Below, one piece after another: positions 1-12,932 of a DNA stretch of 64,000 nucleotides (positions are counted from its first letter, which is position 1; each line of letters begins with the position of its first letter). Below the pieces are notes generated by a model. That model saw nothing but the letters and a program-made list of their open reading frames with translations. It had not been told where the DNA came from and ran no database searches. The stretch covers positions 5,290,921 through 5,354,920 of the forward strand of contig NC_057755.1 in NCBI RefSeq assembly GCF_004010195.1. The letters run 5' to 3'. The position numbers were made by a program, and so were the translations under genes. The stretch comes from Chiloscyllium plagiosum. Its lineage: Eukaryota.

Positions 1-170
1 TGTGTGAGTGAGAGAATGCATGTGTATGTGAAAGAGAGAATGAGTGTGTATGTGAGAGAGATAATGAGTGTGTACGTGAGAGAGAAAATGCGTGTGTGCG
101 TGAGACAGAGAGAATGAGTGTGTGCTTGAGAGGGAATGAGCATATGTGTGAGATAGAGAATGCGTGTGTG
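1..170. repeat. Degenerate (TG)n/(AG)n compound tandem repeat
   Basis: Repeating gagagaatg(a/c)gtgtgt units. Confidence 0.8.
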
Positions 171-940
171 GGGATGGTGGTGGTCCTCTTGAAGAAGATA
201 GGGTCTTCAACTTGATGGAGGGAGAGGTTGAAGATGTCAGTGAGTGCCCCAGCCAGTTGTTCCATTAAGGATCTAATTGCACTGCCAGGGACTCCATCCA
301 GGCCCAATACTTTCCTTGGATTGACTCTCAGGAAAACCATTCTGACGTGTGCAGCAGTGAACGAGGGAACAGGTGTGTCTAGGGCTGTTGGGGCAGGAGT
401 CACTGCGCCACTGGCATTCTGCTGAAACCAAGCAGAGAAAGCAATGAGCGCCTCAGGGAAGGGACGTGTCATTGTTCGCTATCTTGCTCTGCATCATTTT
501 GCATCCCGAAATGTTCTTTTGGCCTTGCCATAGGCGGCAGGAATCTGTTTACTAGGTATGGCCCTCTTATGTGGTTTGGTCCTCCCTCTTGGCATCGCTG
601 ATGGCCCAGCGGAAGTCAGATCTAGATTCCCATTATAGGTCAGGGTCTTCCCACTTGAATGTTGTTTGTCTAGTCTTCAGCGGAAGTGGATTTCCTGATT
701 CACTGAAGGTTTACGCTTGGGGAACACTCGGATTGAATTCTTCACTCAGCAGTCCTCCATGCATTTGCCATGATGTCTGTGATGGTGGTGGTTTGCTCAT
801 CCATGATTTCCACTGAGTAGTTTAACACGGCCCAGTCCACCAATTCCAAACAGTCCCAGAGACTGTCATTCACAGCCTCAGACCAGCATTGTACTTCCTT
901 TTATAAGGAGTGCTTCCATTTCAGCTCCAGCTTGTAAGGT
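170..940 (-). mobile_element. Rex1/Babar-type LINE ORF2 fragment, decayed
   Basis: Homolog of 21005-21800, whose frame reads ALNDFSARFEQ...VNPRKAIGLD...CTDQLAGVFTHIFNLSL...FKKTT. Confidence 0.7.
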
Positions 941-1097
941 GTTTCTATATGTAGGAGAGACTAGGACCAGAGGACTCAGCCTCAGAATAAAGGGGCGACA
1001 TTTGGAACTGAGACTGAAATTAATTTCTTCAGCCAAAGGGTGCTTCATCTGTGGAAATCATTGCTTCAGAGTGCTGTGGAGTTCAAAACATTGAGTC

Positions 1098-1592
1098 CGT
1101 GATGATGCTGCCCCTTTACCAAGGTTGTGTGTCCTTGGTTTTTTTGTAAATGCAATGGTTCTTGGATGTTGAGTTTGGATGGGTTGCAGAGCCAATTTCA
1201 CGATAGCTAACAGAAACTGTTTCAGGAAGAAAGGCTTTCAAATATAAAACGATCTGCAATGAAATGACTGTGGTCAATTCTCCCACCTCTGATTATCTCT
1301 GGTTTGGTTTAATTTGGGTTGGTGTTTACAAGTTGTCAAATTTTTTAACTGCTGGTAAAAGGAACAGCGACATGGAAGAACTTGTTCCATGCTGAATCTC
1401 TCTCTGACGTCTCTCCTGCAAGACCTTGTGTTTGATTTTACCTGTTTTGACATTGGGTGCTTATGGAGGTTGTTTGAGGAATTTTGAACAATCATTAAGT
1501 TGGGACAGTCTGTTGGGTTTTCGGATGGGTGAAGTTATTCAGTCTTCTGTTCTCTTTTGTATGTGTTTCATTCGATACTCTGTATATAAACA
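1098..1592 (+). mobile_element. Truncated LTR of a Gmr1-like/Gypsy retrotransposon
   Basis: Homologous to the LTRs at 21957-22599 and 47870-48530 (gatgctgc..ctttaccaaggttgtg...); 3' end deleted. Confidence 0.7.
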
Positions 1593-2742
1593 AATCAATG
1601 AAACCTCCTCACCCCCACCACACATACAGGGAGATCCCCACAAAGGAAATGAAGGCCCCTCACCCCCCTCCATACACATACACACATGGAGATCGTCACA
1701 AAGGCAATTAAGCCCCCTCTGCCCCACACAGAGAGATACACAGACACCCTAACGCAGAGAGACTGACAGACCGGCAGATAGGTAGAGAGAGAGACAGAGA
1801 TGGAACGATGCGGGCATGGACACATACAGAGTGAGACAGAGAGAGAGAGCAAGAAGCTGAGAGATGGGGGACAGCGCAAGAGAGGAAGAGAGGAACAGAC
1901 AAAGACAGACTGAAAGAGGCAGAGAGGGAGAGCCAGCAATAGCCTTATGAATGAAGTAGACAGAAGGTGGACGCAATAAACACACTCAAATACAAATGTG
2001 CACGTAACAATATCCCATTCAGCTGAGGAGATCACCAGTACCCAGAACATTTTCCTTGTTGTAATAAAGTGTTTATTGTGAGCTGAACAGAGAGACGCTG
2101 ACCGTCATCATGGTGCAGAAGGGACTGTCTTGTCCCTCCCCCCTCCGCCCCTGCAAGGAAAATTCAGAGACCCCTCCAGCCACAGTCTTTAACACTCACC
2201 CACAGGGCTGCCCGTGAAGACTCAATGTTCCAGCTGAACCCATCACTCTTGCAGCCTCTTTCCATCCAACCCTGCCCAAGATAGTTACCTCTTCACCTAT
2301 TACCTGCTGTCCCTTTGTCATAACCTTCAGTATCATTGAAAGGGAATGCAGATAAATTATTGCTAATGTTTTGAGGAATGATGTGGGAGGGGCGTTCAGG
2401 TGCACAGGGAAATGCTGGCTTGATGTTACAATTGCATCAATCACGATTTTCTGGGATGGCAGGGCAATCAGACACGAAGGGCTGAATGGCCTCTTGCTGC
2501 TTATTGTGTGCCCCCGTGTGGATCAATCGTCAGTCAATCAGGGATAGCAGCATGCTCTTGAGCATGGTGAATGGTGATCCATCCTGTTACTGCCTTCCCC
2601 ATCCTCCACTGGGTGTTCTATTCAAATCCATGTGCTTGTGCTAATGGAATCGTGGCCGTACATCTGCAATTCCTGCACTGGGAACACTACGGCTGCCTCT
2701 GGAGCTCTCTCAGTTGTTTTGAAAATTCATTAAGTGATGAAT

Positions 2743-3609
2743 TTACATTTGCACTGCATTCGTGAACTTCGCTCTGAACTTAGGCAGAGTCGCTGCATAA
2801 AATAATGTGTTTGTGTTGCAGCTGAAATCCTTCAGCATTTCTCCACTGAATGCAAAACTGATGACAGGACTGTACGTCCAATAATTCCCTCCCTTAACGT
2901 TATTGTACAAGACGTTTGCACTGTGCATGAACCACAGAAATATGAAGCTGATGGATATGGTGAAGAGGGAAATCACAGACTTCCTCCGGCTCTCATTTCT
3001 GCATCTTTGTGACTGTCTCCCTTCCTCTGACCCCTCATGCTCTTGCGGACTCGACTGGCCATTAAAATGTGCCTTACCTTCAGAGTGTTCATCAACAGAA
3101 TTAACACGAATGGGATTAAAGGGGTTAAGATGATATGGAAACATTTAAACCCCAGCCACCTGGGATCAGTAAAATAACTTGACTTTGTTTGACAATACCA
3201 CTGAACATTGTCAATTATCCTCCCATATTGAAACCGAAAATAGTCGGGAATGTTTTTTTTGAACAGAGTAAAATGATGGTTGCAGACAGAGCCAAAGCCA
3301 AGGCTTTCTCTGTCCAATATTTTCTCTTCAGTTTCAGACAGGAAATGGGCACAAAACGTTCAATGGAGAAAAGGACAGTGAACCAGACAGAACAGTCTTT
3401 GGCTGCACGACCTAAGACATCGACAGCACTGCACACATGGGTGATATCCAGGAAAGATCCTGGGTAGTAAATGTATTTGAATTGCCACAGAATGATCTCA
3501 GTGAGAATAAACAGGAGATCCGATGTTGCCATGGCCAACAGGCAGCGCATTGTGCAGATAGAGAGGCCGCGTTTTTCCCGTGTGAGAACTAAAACCGCCA
3601 GGAAATTAA
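2743..3609 (-). pseudogene. GPR139-like GPCR copy 1, exon 2 (two frameshifts)
   Basis: Acceptor TTTCAG|TT at 3609. Coding homology is split over ORFs 3215-3550, 2973-3317 and 2743-3144. T8 run at 3253-3260 versus T6 in copies 2 and 3 (+2), and a 1-nt loss near 2993 in the EMES motif. Confidence 0.85.
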
Positions 3610-4594
3610 CTGAAAGACACAGGAGGTAAAATGCAAATCAGAAATTAATGATCAAACATTCTCTGCTTCGGTTCAGAGTGCAATAGAAGATCACAGCACC
3701 TAACAGGGCCAGCTGGAAGTGTTCAGATATAGAGTTTGAATATGACATCTTCAATGGCCTGACACATTGTTTGAAGCAGCTCAATCCTGTGCTTGACTAA
3801 TTATGGGCAGACAATCAACAGATAGCAGAGGGCATCTTTTTTAAAATGAAAGGGAAGAGGTTTAGAGGGGGTCTGTGCAAGGTGTTCACCCAGAGAATGG
3901 TGAGGGTGTGGTAATTCATTCCCTGGAGGGTTGTAAACCAGGAAACCTCACAAACTTTAAAAATTACCTGTATGAACACTTGAAGCGTCATAATATTTGA
4001 GACTACGTGCATAGTGCTAGAAGCTGGGGCGGGTATAGATTTCGTGTAGCTTTTATACCACAAACTGGGTGGCACGAAGCACCTCTTCGGTATCGTTGGA
4101 TTCTATTATTCTAAGAATTACTTCTGGGGGGAGATTGGGAAGTGAAGCATTTTAATGCAATAAATGAAAGGGATTTGAATGCTGAAAATATGAAACAGAA
4201 TGAGATATAACTGGCAAAATCCAACAGGTATGGCAGTATCTGTAGGGAGAGAAACGAGTTAATGGAATCACTGTTAATCAGAGCATTTTCATCTAACATG
4301 GGTCATTGAACGCAAAACATTATCACAGGTTTCTGCCCACGCAAGATCCTATCACTTCCAACAAAATCATAGGGATTTGTTTCTAACAGAGAATTGTGAT
4401 TGAAAATGGAACATTTGTGATTGAAAATGGAACATTTGGTAAACTGCTATTCACTTACCAGGCATAGTTGGAGTCATAAAGATGTACAGCACAGAAACAA
4501 GCCTTTTAGACCAAATTGTTTATATCGTCCATATATCCTAAATAAATCTCGTCAGATCCACACCCCCCACCAACCCAACCTGCACTCCCGGCAC

Positions 4595-4860
4595 NNNNNN
4601 NNNNNNNNNNNNNNNNNNNNNNNNNNNNNNNNNNNNNNNNNNNNNNNNNNNNNNNNNNNNNNNNNNNNNNNNNNNNNNNNNNNNNNNNNNNNNNNNNNNN
4701 NNNNNNNNNNNNNNNNNNNNNNNNNNNNNNNNNNNNNNNNNNNNNNNNNNNNNNNNNNNNNNNNNNNNNNNNNNNNNNNNNNNNNNNNNNNNNNNNNNNN
4801 NNNNNNNNNNNNNNNNNNNNNNNNNNNNNNNNNNNNNNNNNNNNNNNNNNNNNNNNNNNN
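4595..4860. other. Assembly gap
   Basis: N run. Confidence 1.
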
Positions 4861-5020
4861 GAGGCCAGGAAGAAGATCTTCTTCCTGACCTCTCCGCCCC
4901 CACCCCAGTCTGACCTATCACCCTCACAATGACCTATTTCCACCTATCACATTTCTGACGCCCTTCCCCCAAGTCCCTCCTCCCTACCTTTTATCTTAGC
5001 CTGCTGGACAAACTTTCCTC

Positions 5021-5056
5021 ATTCCTGAAGAAGGGCTTATGCCCGAAACGTCGAAT
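5021..5056 (+). ncRNA. Minimal type-I hammerhead ribozyme motif (Penelope-associated)
   Basis: ATTC-CTGAAGA-A-GGGC-TTAT-GCCC-GAAAC-GTC-GAAT: stem I ATTC/GAAT, core CUGANGA and GAAA, stem II GGGC/GCCC, palindromic ACGT as stem III, predicted cleavage after C5052. Confidence 0.75.
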
Positions 5057-5776
5057 CTCCTGTTCCCTGGATGCTGCCTGGCCTGCTGCGCTTTTCCAGC
5101 AACACATTTCCAGCTCTGATCTCCAGCATCTGCAGACCTCACTTTCTCCTCCTAAATAAATCTAGTCTCATCTGTCCCAATATCCGTCTAAAATCTTTCT
5201 AAACGTTTACCCATCCAGATTACTTTTAAATGTAATTGTACCAGCCACCATCACGTCGTCTAGCAGCTCATCCCATACATGCACCACCCTTTGCATGAAA
5301 CTTTTACCCCTTAGGTCCCTTTTAATTTTTCCACTTTCACCCTAAACCTATCCGCTCGAGTTTTGGACTCCCAAAACCCATGGAAAAGAACTTTTCTACT
5401 TACCTTGTCCATGATCCTTATGGTTTTGAAAACATCTATAAATCACCACTCAGCCTCCGACACTCCAGGGAAAACAGCCCCAACCTCCTCAGCATTTCTG
5501 CATAGCTCAAATACTCCAATCCTGGCAACATCCTTATGAATCTTTTCTGAACCGTTTCAAGTTTCAAGACATCCTCCCTTTTGGAGGAAGAACAGAAATG
5601 CACACTATATTCCAAAAGTGGCCGAACCACAGTCCTGTGCAGACACAGCATGATTTCCCAATTCCAATACTCAGTGCTCTGACCAATAAATGAAGCTATA
5701 CTAAGCGTCTTCTTCACCACTCTATCTAAGTGAGACATCATTTTCAAGGATCAATGAACCTGCACTCCAAAATCGC

Positions 5777-8700
5777 TTAGAGTCACAGAATCATAGAGAT
5801 GTACAGCATGGAAACAGACCTTTCGGTTCAACCCGTCCATGTCGACCAGAGATCCCAACCCAATCTAGTCCCACTTGCCAGCATCCTGCCCATATCCCTC
5901 CAAACCCTTCCTATTCATATACCCATCCAAATGCCTCTTAAATGTTGCAATTGTACCAGCCACCACCACATTCTCTGGCAGCTCATTCCATACAGTTGCC
6001 ACCCTCTTCGTGAAAAAGTTGCCCCTTAGGTCTTTTATCCATCTTTCCTCTCTCACTCAAAACCTAATGCCCTCCTGTTCTGGACCCCCTGACCCCAGGG
6101 AAAAAGACTTTGCCTATTTATCCTATTCATGCCCCTCATAATTTTGTAAACCTCTATAAGGTCAACCCACAGGCTCCGACGCTCCAGGGAATACAGCCCC
6201 AGCCTGTTCAGCCTCTCCCTATAGCTCAAAACCTCTAATCCTGGCAACCTCCTTGTAAATCTTTTCTGAACCTTTTCAAGTTTCACAACATCTTTCCGAT
6301 AGGAAGGAGACCAGAATTGCACACAATACTCCAACAGTGGCCTAACCAATGTCCTGTACAGCTGCAAAATGACCTCCCAACTCCTGCACTCAATACTCTG
6401 ACCAAAAATGGAAAGCATACCAAACGCCTTCTTCACTATCCTATCTACCTGCGACTCCACTTTCAAGGAGCTCTGAACCTGCATTCCAAGGTCTCTTTGT
6501 TCAGCAACACTCCCTAAGATCTTACCATTAAGTGTATAAGTCCTGCTAAGGTTTGCTTTCCCAAAATGCAGCACCTCGCATTTATCTGTATTAAACCTCA
6601 ACTGCCACTTTTCAGCCCATTGCCCCATCTGGTCCAGATCTTGTTGTCATCTGAGGTAACCCTCTTCGCTGTCCACTACACCTGCAATTTTGGTGTCATT
6701 TGCAAACTTACTGACTGTACCTCTTATGCTCGCATCCAAATCATTTATGTAAATGACAAAAATAGAGGGCCCAGCACCGATTCCTGTGGCACTCCACTGG
6801 TCACAGGCCTCCAGTCTGACAAAACAACCCTTCGTCACCACCCTCTGCGTTCAACTTTTGAGCCAGTTCTATATCCAAATGGCTGTTTTCCCTGTATTCC
6901 ATGAGATCTAACCTTGCTAATCAGTCTCCCATGGGGAACTTTGTCGAACGCCCTACTGAAGTCCATATAAAGCTCATCGACTGCTCTTCCCTCATCAATC
7001 CTCTATGTTACTTCTTCAAAAAACTCAATCAAGTTTGTGAGACATGATTTCCCACGCACAAAGCCATGTTGAATGTCCGTAATCAGTTCTTGCCTTTCCA
7101 AATACATGTATATCCTGGACCTCAGGATTCCCTCCAACAACTTTCCCACCACCGAGGTCAGGCTCACCGGTCTATAGTTCCCTGGCTTGTCTTTACCACC
7201 CTTCTTAAACAGTGGCACCAGTCTTCCGGCATCTCACCTGTGACTATCGATGATACAAATATCTCAGCATGGGTCCCTGCAATTACTTCTCTAGCTTCCC
7301 ACAGAGTTCTCGGATACACCTGATCAGGTCCTGGGAATGTATCCAACTTTAACCGTTTCAATACATCCAGCACTTCCTCCTCTGTAATCTGGACATTTTA
7401 CAAGATATCACCATCTATTTCCCTACAGTTTATATCTTCCTTATCCTCTTCCACAGTAAATACTGATGCAAAATATTCATTTTGTATCTCCCCCATTTTC
7501 TGTGGCTCTACAGGAAGGCCGCCTTGCTGATCTTTGAGGGGTCTTATTCTCTCCCTACCTACCCTTTTCTCCTTCATATATTTGTAAAATACCTTTGGAT
7601 TGTCCTTAATTGTATTTGCAAAAGCTATCCCTTAAGTATACTCCGGCTTTGTTTATATTATTCTTCTGAGGATTCACTCTACCATCCTGTCTGTACCTGA
7701 CATATGCTTCCTTGCTTTTCTTAACCAAACCTGCAATTTCTTTTGTCATCCAGCATTCCCTATACCTACCAGCCTCCCCTTTCACCCTGACAGGAATATA
7801 GTTTCTCTGGATTCTTGTTATCTCATTTCTGAAGGCTTCCCATTTTCTAGCTGTCCCTTTACCTGCGAACATCTGCCTCCAATCAGGTTCTGAAAGTTCT
7901 TGCCTAATACCGTCAAAATTGGCCTTTCTCCAATTTAGAACTTCAACTTTTAGATCTGGTCTATCCTTTTCCATCACTTTTTATAAACAAATAGAATTAT
8001 GGTCGCTGGCCCCAAAGTACTCCCCCACTGACACCTCTCTCACCTGCCCTGTCTTATTTCCAAGAATAGGTCAAGTTATGCACCTTCTCTGAGAGGTACA
8101 TCCACATACTGAATCAAAAAATTGTCCTGTACACACTTAAGACATTCCTCTCCATCTAAACCTTGAACTCTATGGTAGTCCCAGTCAATGTTTGGAAAGT
8201 TAAAATACTCTACCCTAACTACCTTATTACTCTTACAGACAGCTGAAATCTCCTTACAAGTTTGTTTTTCAATATCCCTCTGATTATTGGATGGTCTATA
8301 ATACAATCCCAATTAGGTAATCATCCCTTTCTTATTTCTCAGTTCCACCCAAATAACTTCCCTGGATGTATTTCCAGGAATATCTTCCATTTGCACAGCT
8401 GTAATGCTATCCCTTATCAAAAATGCCACTCTCCCTCCTTCTTTGCCTCCCTTTCTATCCTTCCTGTAGCATTTGTATCCTGGAACATTCGCTGAGCCAT
8501 GTTTCTGGAATTGCTATGATATCCCAGTCCCATGTTTCTAACCATGCCCTGAGTTCATCTGCCTCCCCTTTTAGGCCGCTTACATTGAAATAAATGCAGT
8601 TTAATTTATTAGTCCTACCTTGTCCCTGTCTGCCCTGACTGTTAGACTCACTTCTGTTCTCAACTGTAACCGTTTCAGATCGATCTCTTTCCTCACTATC

Positions 8701-9632
8701 TCTCTGGTTCCCACCGCTCACCCCCATCCCCCAACCTTGCTAGTTTAAATCCTCCCAAGCAGTTAGTGCAAATTTCCCTGCCAGTATATTAGTCCCCTTC
8801 CAATTTAGGTGCAATCCTTCCTTCTTTTGCAGGTAACATCTATCCCAGAAAAGATTCCAATGATCTAAAAATGTGAATCCTTCTCCCGTTCACCAGCTCC
8901 TCCGTCATGCATTCATTTGCTCTATCCTTCTATTCCTGCCCGCACTAGCTCGTAGCACTGGGAGTAATCCAGATATTATTATGCTTGAGGACCTCCTTTT
9001 TAAATTTCTACCTAACTCTCTGTAATCTCCCTTCATAGACGCAACCTGTTCCCTTCCAATGTCATTGGTTCCAATGTGGACAATGACCTCCTGCTGGCCC
9101 CCCTCCCCCGTGAGAACATTCTGCACTCTCACTGAGACATCCTTGATCCTGGCACCAGGGTAACAACACACCATTTTATTTTCTCTGCTGGCCACAGAAA
9201 CGTCTGTCTGCACCTCTGACTACTGAATCACCTAACACAATTGATCTCCTCGAAGCCGACGTACCCTTCGTTGCATTAGAGCCAGTCTCAATACAAGAAC
9301 CTTGATTGTTCGTGCTACGTTCCCCTGAGAATCCATCACCCCTACATTTTCCAAAACAGCATGCTTGTTTGAAATGGGTATATCCACAAACCACACCTGC
9401 TCTAGCTGCCTATATCTCTTACCCTTCCTGGAGTTAACCCATCTATGTGACTGTATCTGAGACTTTCCCCCGTTTCTATAACTGCCATCCATCACATACT
9501 GTTGCTGTTGCAAATTCTTCTTCACTTCTATCTGTCTCTCCTACCGATCCACTCGATCTGATAAGATTCGCATCCAACAGCATTTATGGCAGACATAATC
9601 CACAGTAATCCTTAAACTCTCTTTAAACTCCC
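5777..9632 (-). mobile_element. CR1 LINE, near full length, degenerate: ORF1 with SGNH-esterase domain, ORF2 APE endonuclease + RT
   Basis: VIVHIGTNDIG (8905-9213), GLYYRP, PGPDQVYPR, PGNYRPVSLTSVVGKLLE, QHGF, SKFANDTK, WAEKWQLRFN. (tagagtca)-like tail at 5777-5800. Confidence 0.92.
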
Positions 9633-11492
9633 TCTTTCCGCAACATTCTCCAGAACCTTGCCATTAACTCTATTTGTCCTGCTCTGATTTTCCTTTCCAA
9701 AATGTACCATCTCACATTCATCTGAGTTAAAATCCATCTGCCACTATTCAACCAAGTAGCTCATCTGATCAAGACCCGGTGTACACTGAGGAATATTTAT
9801 TCGCTGACCACTCCAACTCTAATTTTGGTGTCAACTGCAAACTGACCAACTGGATCTCCAAAGTCGACATCCAAAGCATGCATATGAATGAGGAAACAAC
9901 GTGGATTCAGCACCGATCCTTGTAGCACACCACTGGTCACAGGCCTCCAAACTGAAAAGCAACCCTTCACTACCACATTCTGTCTTATACCTTCAAGGGA
10001 CTTCTGTTCAAAAGGTTAGGTCTCCATTATTTCAATGTAATCTAACTTTGCTAACTACTCTACCATGAGGAAACTGATTGAATGCCTTCCTGAAGTCCGT
10101 ATAGATCGCAATCGCCGTTCTGTGTCATCAATCCTCTTCGTAAATTCTTCAAAAAACAGAATCAAGTTCGTGATATTTTCCTTTGCACAAGGACATGTTG
10201 ACTGTCTTTAATCAGTCATTGGCAATTAAAATACATGTAAATCCTCTCCCTGAGGATTCCCTCCAACAACTTGCACACCACCAATATCAGGTACACCATT
10301 CTGTGCATCCCTGGCTTTTCCTTACAACCTTTCTGAAACAGTGGCACCACGTTAGTCAACCTCCAATCTTCTGGCATCTCACCTGTGACGATTGATTATA
10401 CAAATATCTCAGCAAGAGGCCCAGAAATCACTTTCCCAGCTGCCCAAAGAGTTATTAGGTACATCTGATCAGGTCCTTGGGGTTTATTCACCTTTATAAG
10501 TCTTAAGACATCCAGCGCCGCCTCTTCTGTAATATGGATATTTTTCAAGAAATCACCATCTATTTCCCTATATTCTCTTTCTTCCATGTCTTTCTCCACA
10601 GTAAATAATGATGAAAAAATACTCAATTAATATTTCCCCCATCCCCAACATTTCCTTGCTGCCTTGCTGATCTTTGAAGGGTCCTATTTTCTCTTTGGCT
10701 TTTGCCCTTAATGTATTTATGAAACTCCATTGGTTTCTCCTTAAACCTATTTGCCAAAGCCATCTCATGTCCCCTTTTTGACCTCCTGATTTCCCTCCGA
10801 ATTAGACATCTTTACACATTTTTAAGTATTCACGCGATCTCTGCGATCTATATCTGACATATGTGTCCTTCTTTTTCTTCCCAAAACATCAAATTCTCTC
10901 GTCATTCAGCATTCCCTACACTTACCAACCTTGCCTTTCATCTGAACAGGAAGTTACTGTCTCTGGACTCTCGTTACCTCATTTTTAAATTTTCGCATTC
11001 TCCACAGTCCCTTTACCTGAGAACATCTGTCCCCAGTCAACGTTTGAACGTTCTTGCACGTAACCATCAAAATTGGCTTTTGTGCAATTTGAACTTTTAG
11101 ATCTGGTCTATCCTTTTTCATCAGTGTACTAAAACTAAGAGAATTATGGTCGCTGGCTCCAAAGTGCTCCCCATCTCACACCTCAGTCACTTGCCCTGCC
11201 TTATTTCCTATGAGTAAATCACGATTTGTGCGTTCTCTAGTAGGCCCATCCACATACTGAATCAGGAAATGTTCTTGTACACACTTACCAAATTCCTCTT
11301 CACCTAAACCTTTAACACTATGGACGTCTCAGTCTATGTTTGGAAAGTTAAAATTCCCTCCCATTCCCACTCTATTGTTCTTACAGAGATCAGACGTCTC
11401 CTTACAAAATTTCTCCTCAAATTCCCGCTGTGATGGGGATGGGTCCATAATACAATCCTAATTCGGTGATCATTCCTTTCTTATTTCTCAGT

Positions 11493-12932
11493 TCAACCCA
11501 AACGACTTCCCTGCACATATTCCGAGGAACATCCTGTTAGTATAGCCATAATGCCATCCCTTTACGAATACACAACTTCTCTTCTTCTCTTGCTCCCCCT
11601 TTCTTTCTTTCCTTCCCACAACCTTTGTATTCTGCAACATTAAGCTGCCAGTCCTGTCCACCCCTAAGCCACATCTTTGGGATTTTGCCCAAAACGTCGA
11701 TTTTCCTGCTCCTCGGATGCTGCCTGAACTGCCGTGCTTTTCCAGCACCACTCAAATCTAGACTCTGCTTTCCAGTATCTGCAGTCCTTGTTTTTACCCC
11801 GATAAAATACAATAAACCAAACTATGTACTTGTGATGCAGATTCAAAGGCAATGAACACACAGTAAATGTACAACTCTCATTAACCCCAAAACAATATAT
11901 AAATGAAACAAAAGGACATGACTTTTGCATATTATGCAAATCACGACTCCCAGTGTCGATACAAAGAAACAACCCTCACATAATATTCACACCAGAATCC
12001 CTGTATCTATCAATTGGTTAAATGCTTGCGATTGTCACTTGTAAACTGGAACTGCAGCGAATTCCTTTATGGAGCTACTACATAATGTACTCAGGTTTAA
12101 ACATACTCTTCAGAGATTTTTCTTGTCCCAACACTTCTGTCTGGGACCAACACAACATTTTCACTTGAAAACAATGTAATTTACTAAAACTCTCATTTCA
12201 TTCGCATGAGCATCAACCCAAACGACTTCCCTGCACATATTCCGAGGAACATCCTGTTAGTATAGCCATAATGCAATCCCTTTACGAATACACAACTTCT
12301 CTTCTTCTCTTGCTCCCCCTTTATTTCTTTCCTTCCCACAACCTTTGTATTCTGCAACATTAAGCTGCCAGTCCAGTCCACCCCTAAGCCACATCTTTGG
12401 GATTTTGCCCAAAACGTCGATTTTCCTGCTCCTCGGATGCTGCCTGAACTGCCGTGCTTTCCGAGCACCACTCAAATCTCGACTCTGCTTTCCAGTATCT
12501 GCAGTCTTTGTTTTTACCCCGATAAAATACAATAAACCAAACTATGTACTTGTGATGCAGATTCAAAGGCAATGAACACACAGTAAATGTACAACTCTCA
12601 TTAAACCCAAAACAATATATAAATGAAACAAAAGAACATGACTTTTGCATATTATGCAAATCACGACTCCCAGTGTCGATACAAAGAAACAACCCTCACA
12701 TAATATTCACACCAGAATCCCTGTATCTATCAATTGGTTAAATGCTTGCGATTGTCACTTGTAAACTGGAACTGCAGCGAATTCCTTTATGGAGCTACTA
12801 CATAATGTACTCAGGTTTAAACATACTCTTCAGAGATTTTTCTTGTCCCAACACTTCTGTCTGGGACCAACACAACATTTTCACTTGAAAACAATGTAAT
12901 TTACTAAAACTCTCATTTCATTCGCATGAGCA
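11493..12932 (+). repeat. 720-bp direct tandem duplication (11493-12212 / 12213-12932)
   Basis: Near-identical copies; paired ORFs are offset by 720. Confidence 0.95.

Larger units (their letters stand above)
4550..5149. mobile_element. Penelope-like element insertion (contains an assembly gap), 14-bp TSD
   Basis: TSD tcctaaataaatct at 4536-4549 and 5150-5163. Terminus is the reverse complement of the 58657 element end. Confidence 0.8.
4465..11675 (-). mobile_element. Old CR1 LINE (ORF2, decayed), interrupted by a Penelope-like insert (4550-5149) and a younger CR1 (5777-9632)
   Basis: 3' tail gagtcataaagatgtacagcac at ~4471; VRPLLEYSVHF...LETVQKRF (5436-5747). The sequence resumes at ~9632 with RT and endonuclease remnants up to ~11675. 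Confidence 0.8.

Noticed and set aside
4421..4943. Long ORFs spanning N runs (also 58995-59620)
   Set aside because: Artefacts of assembly gaps.
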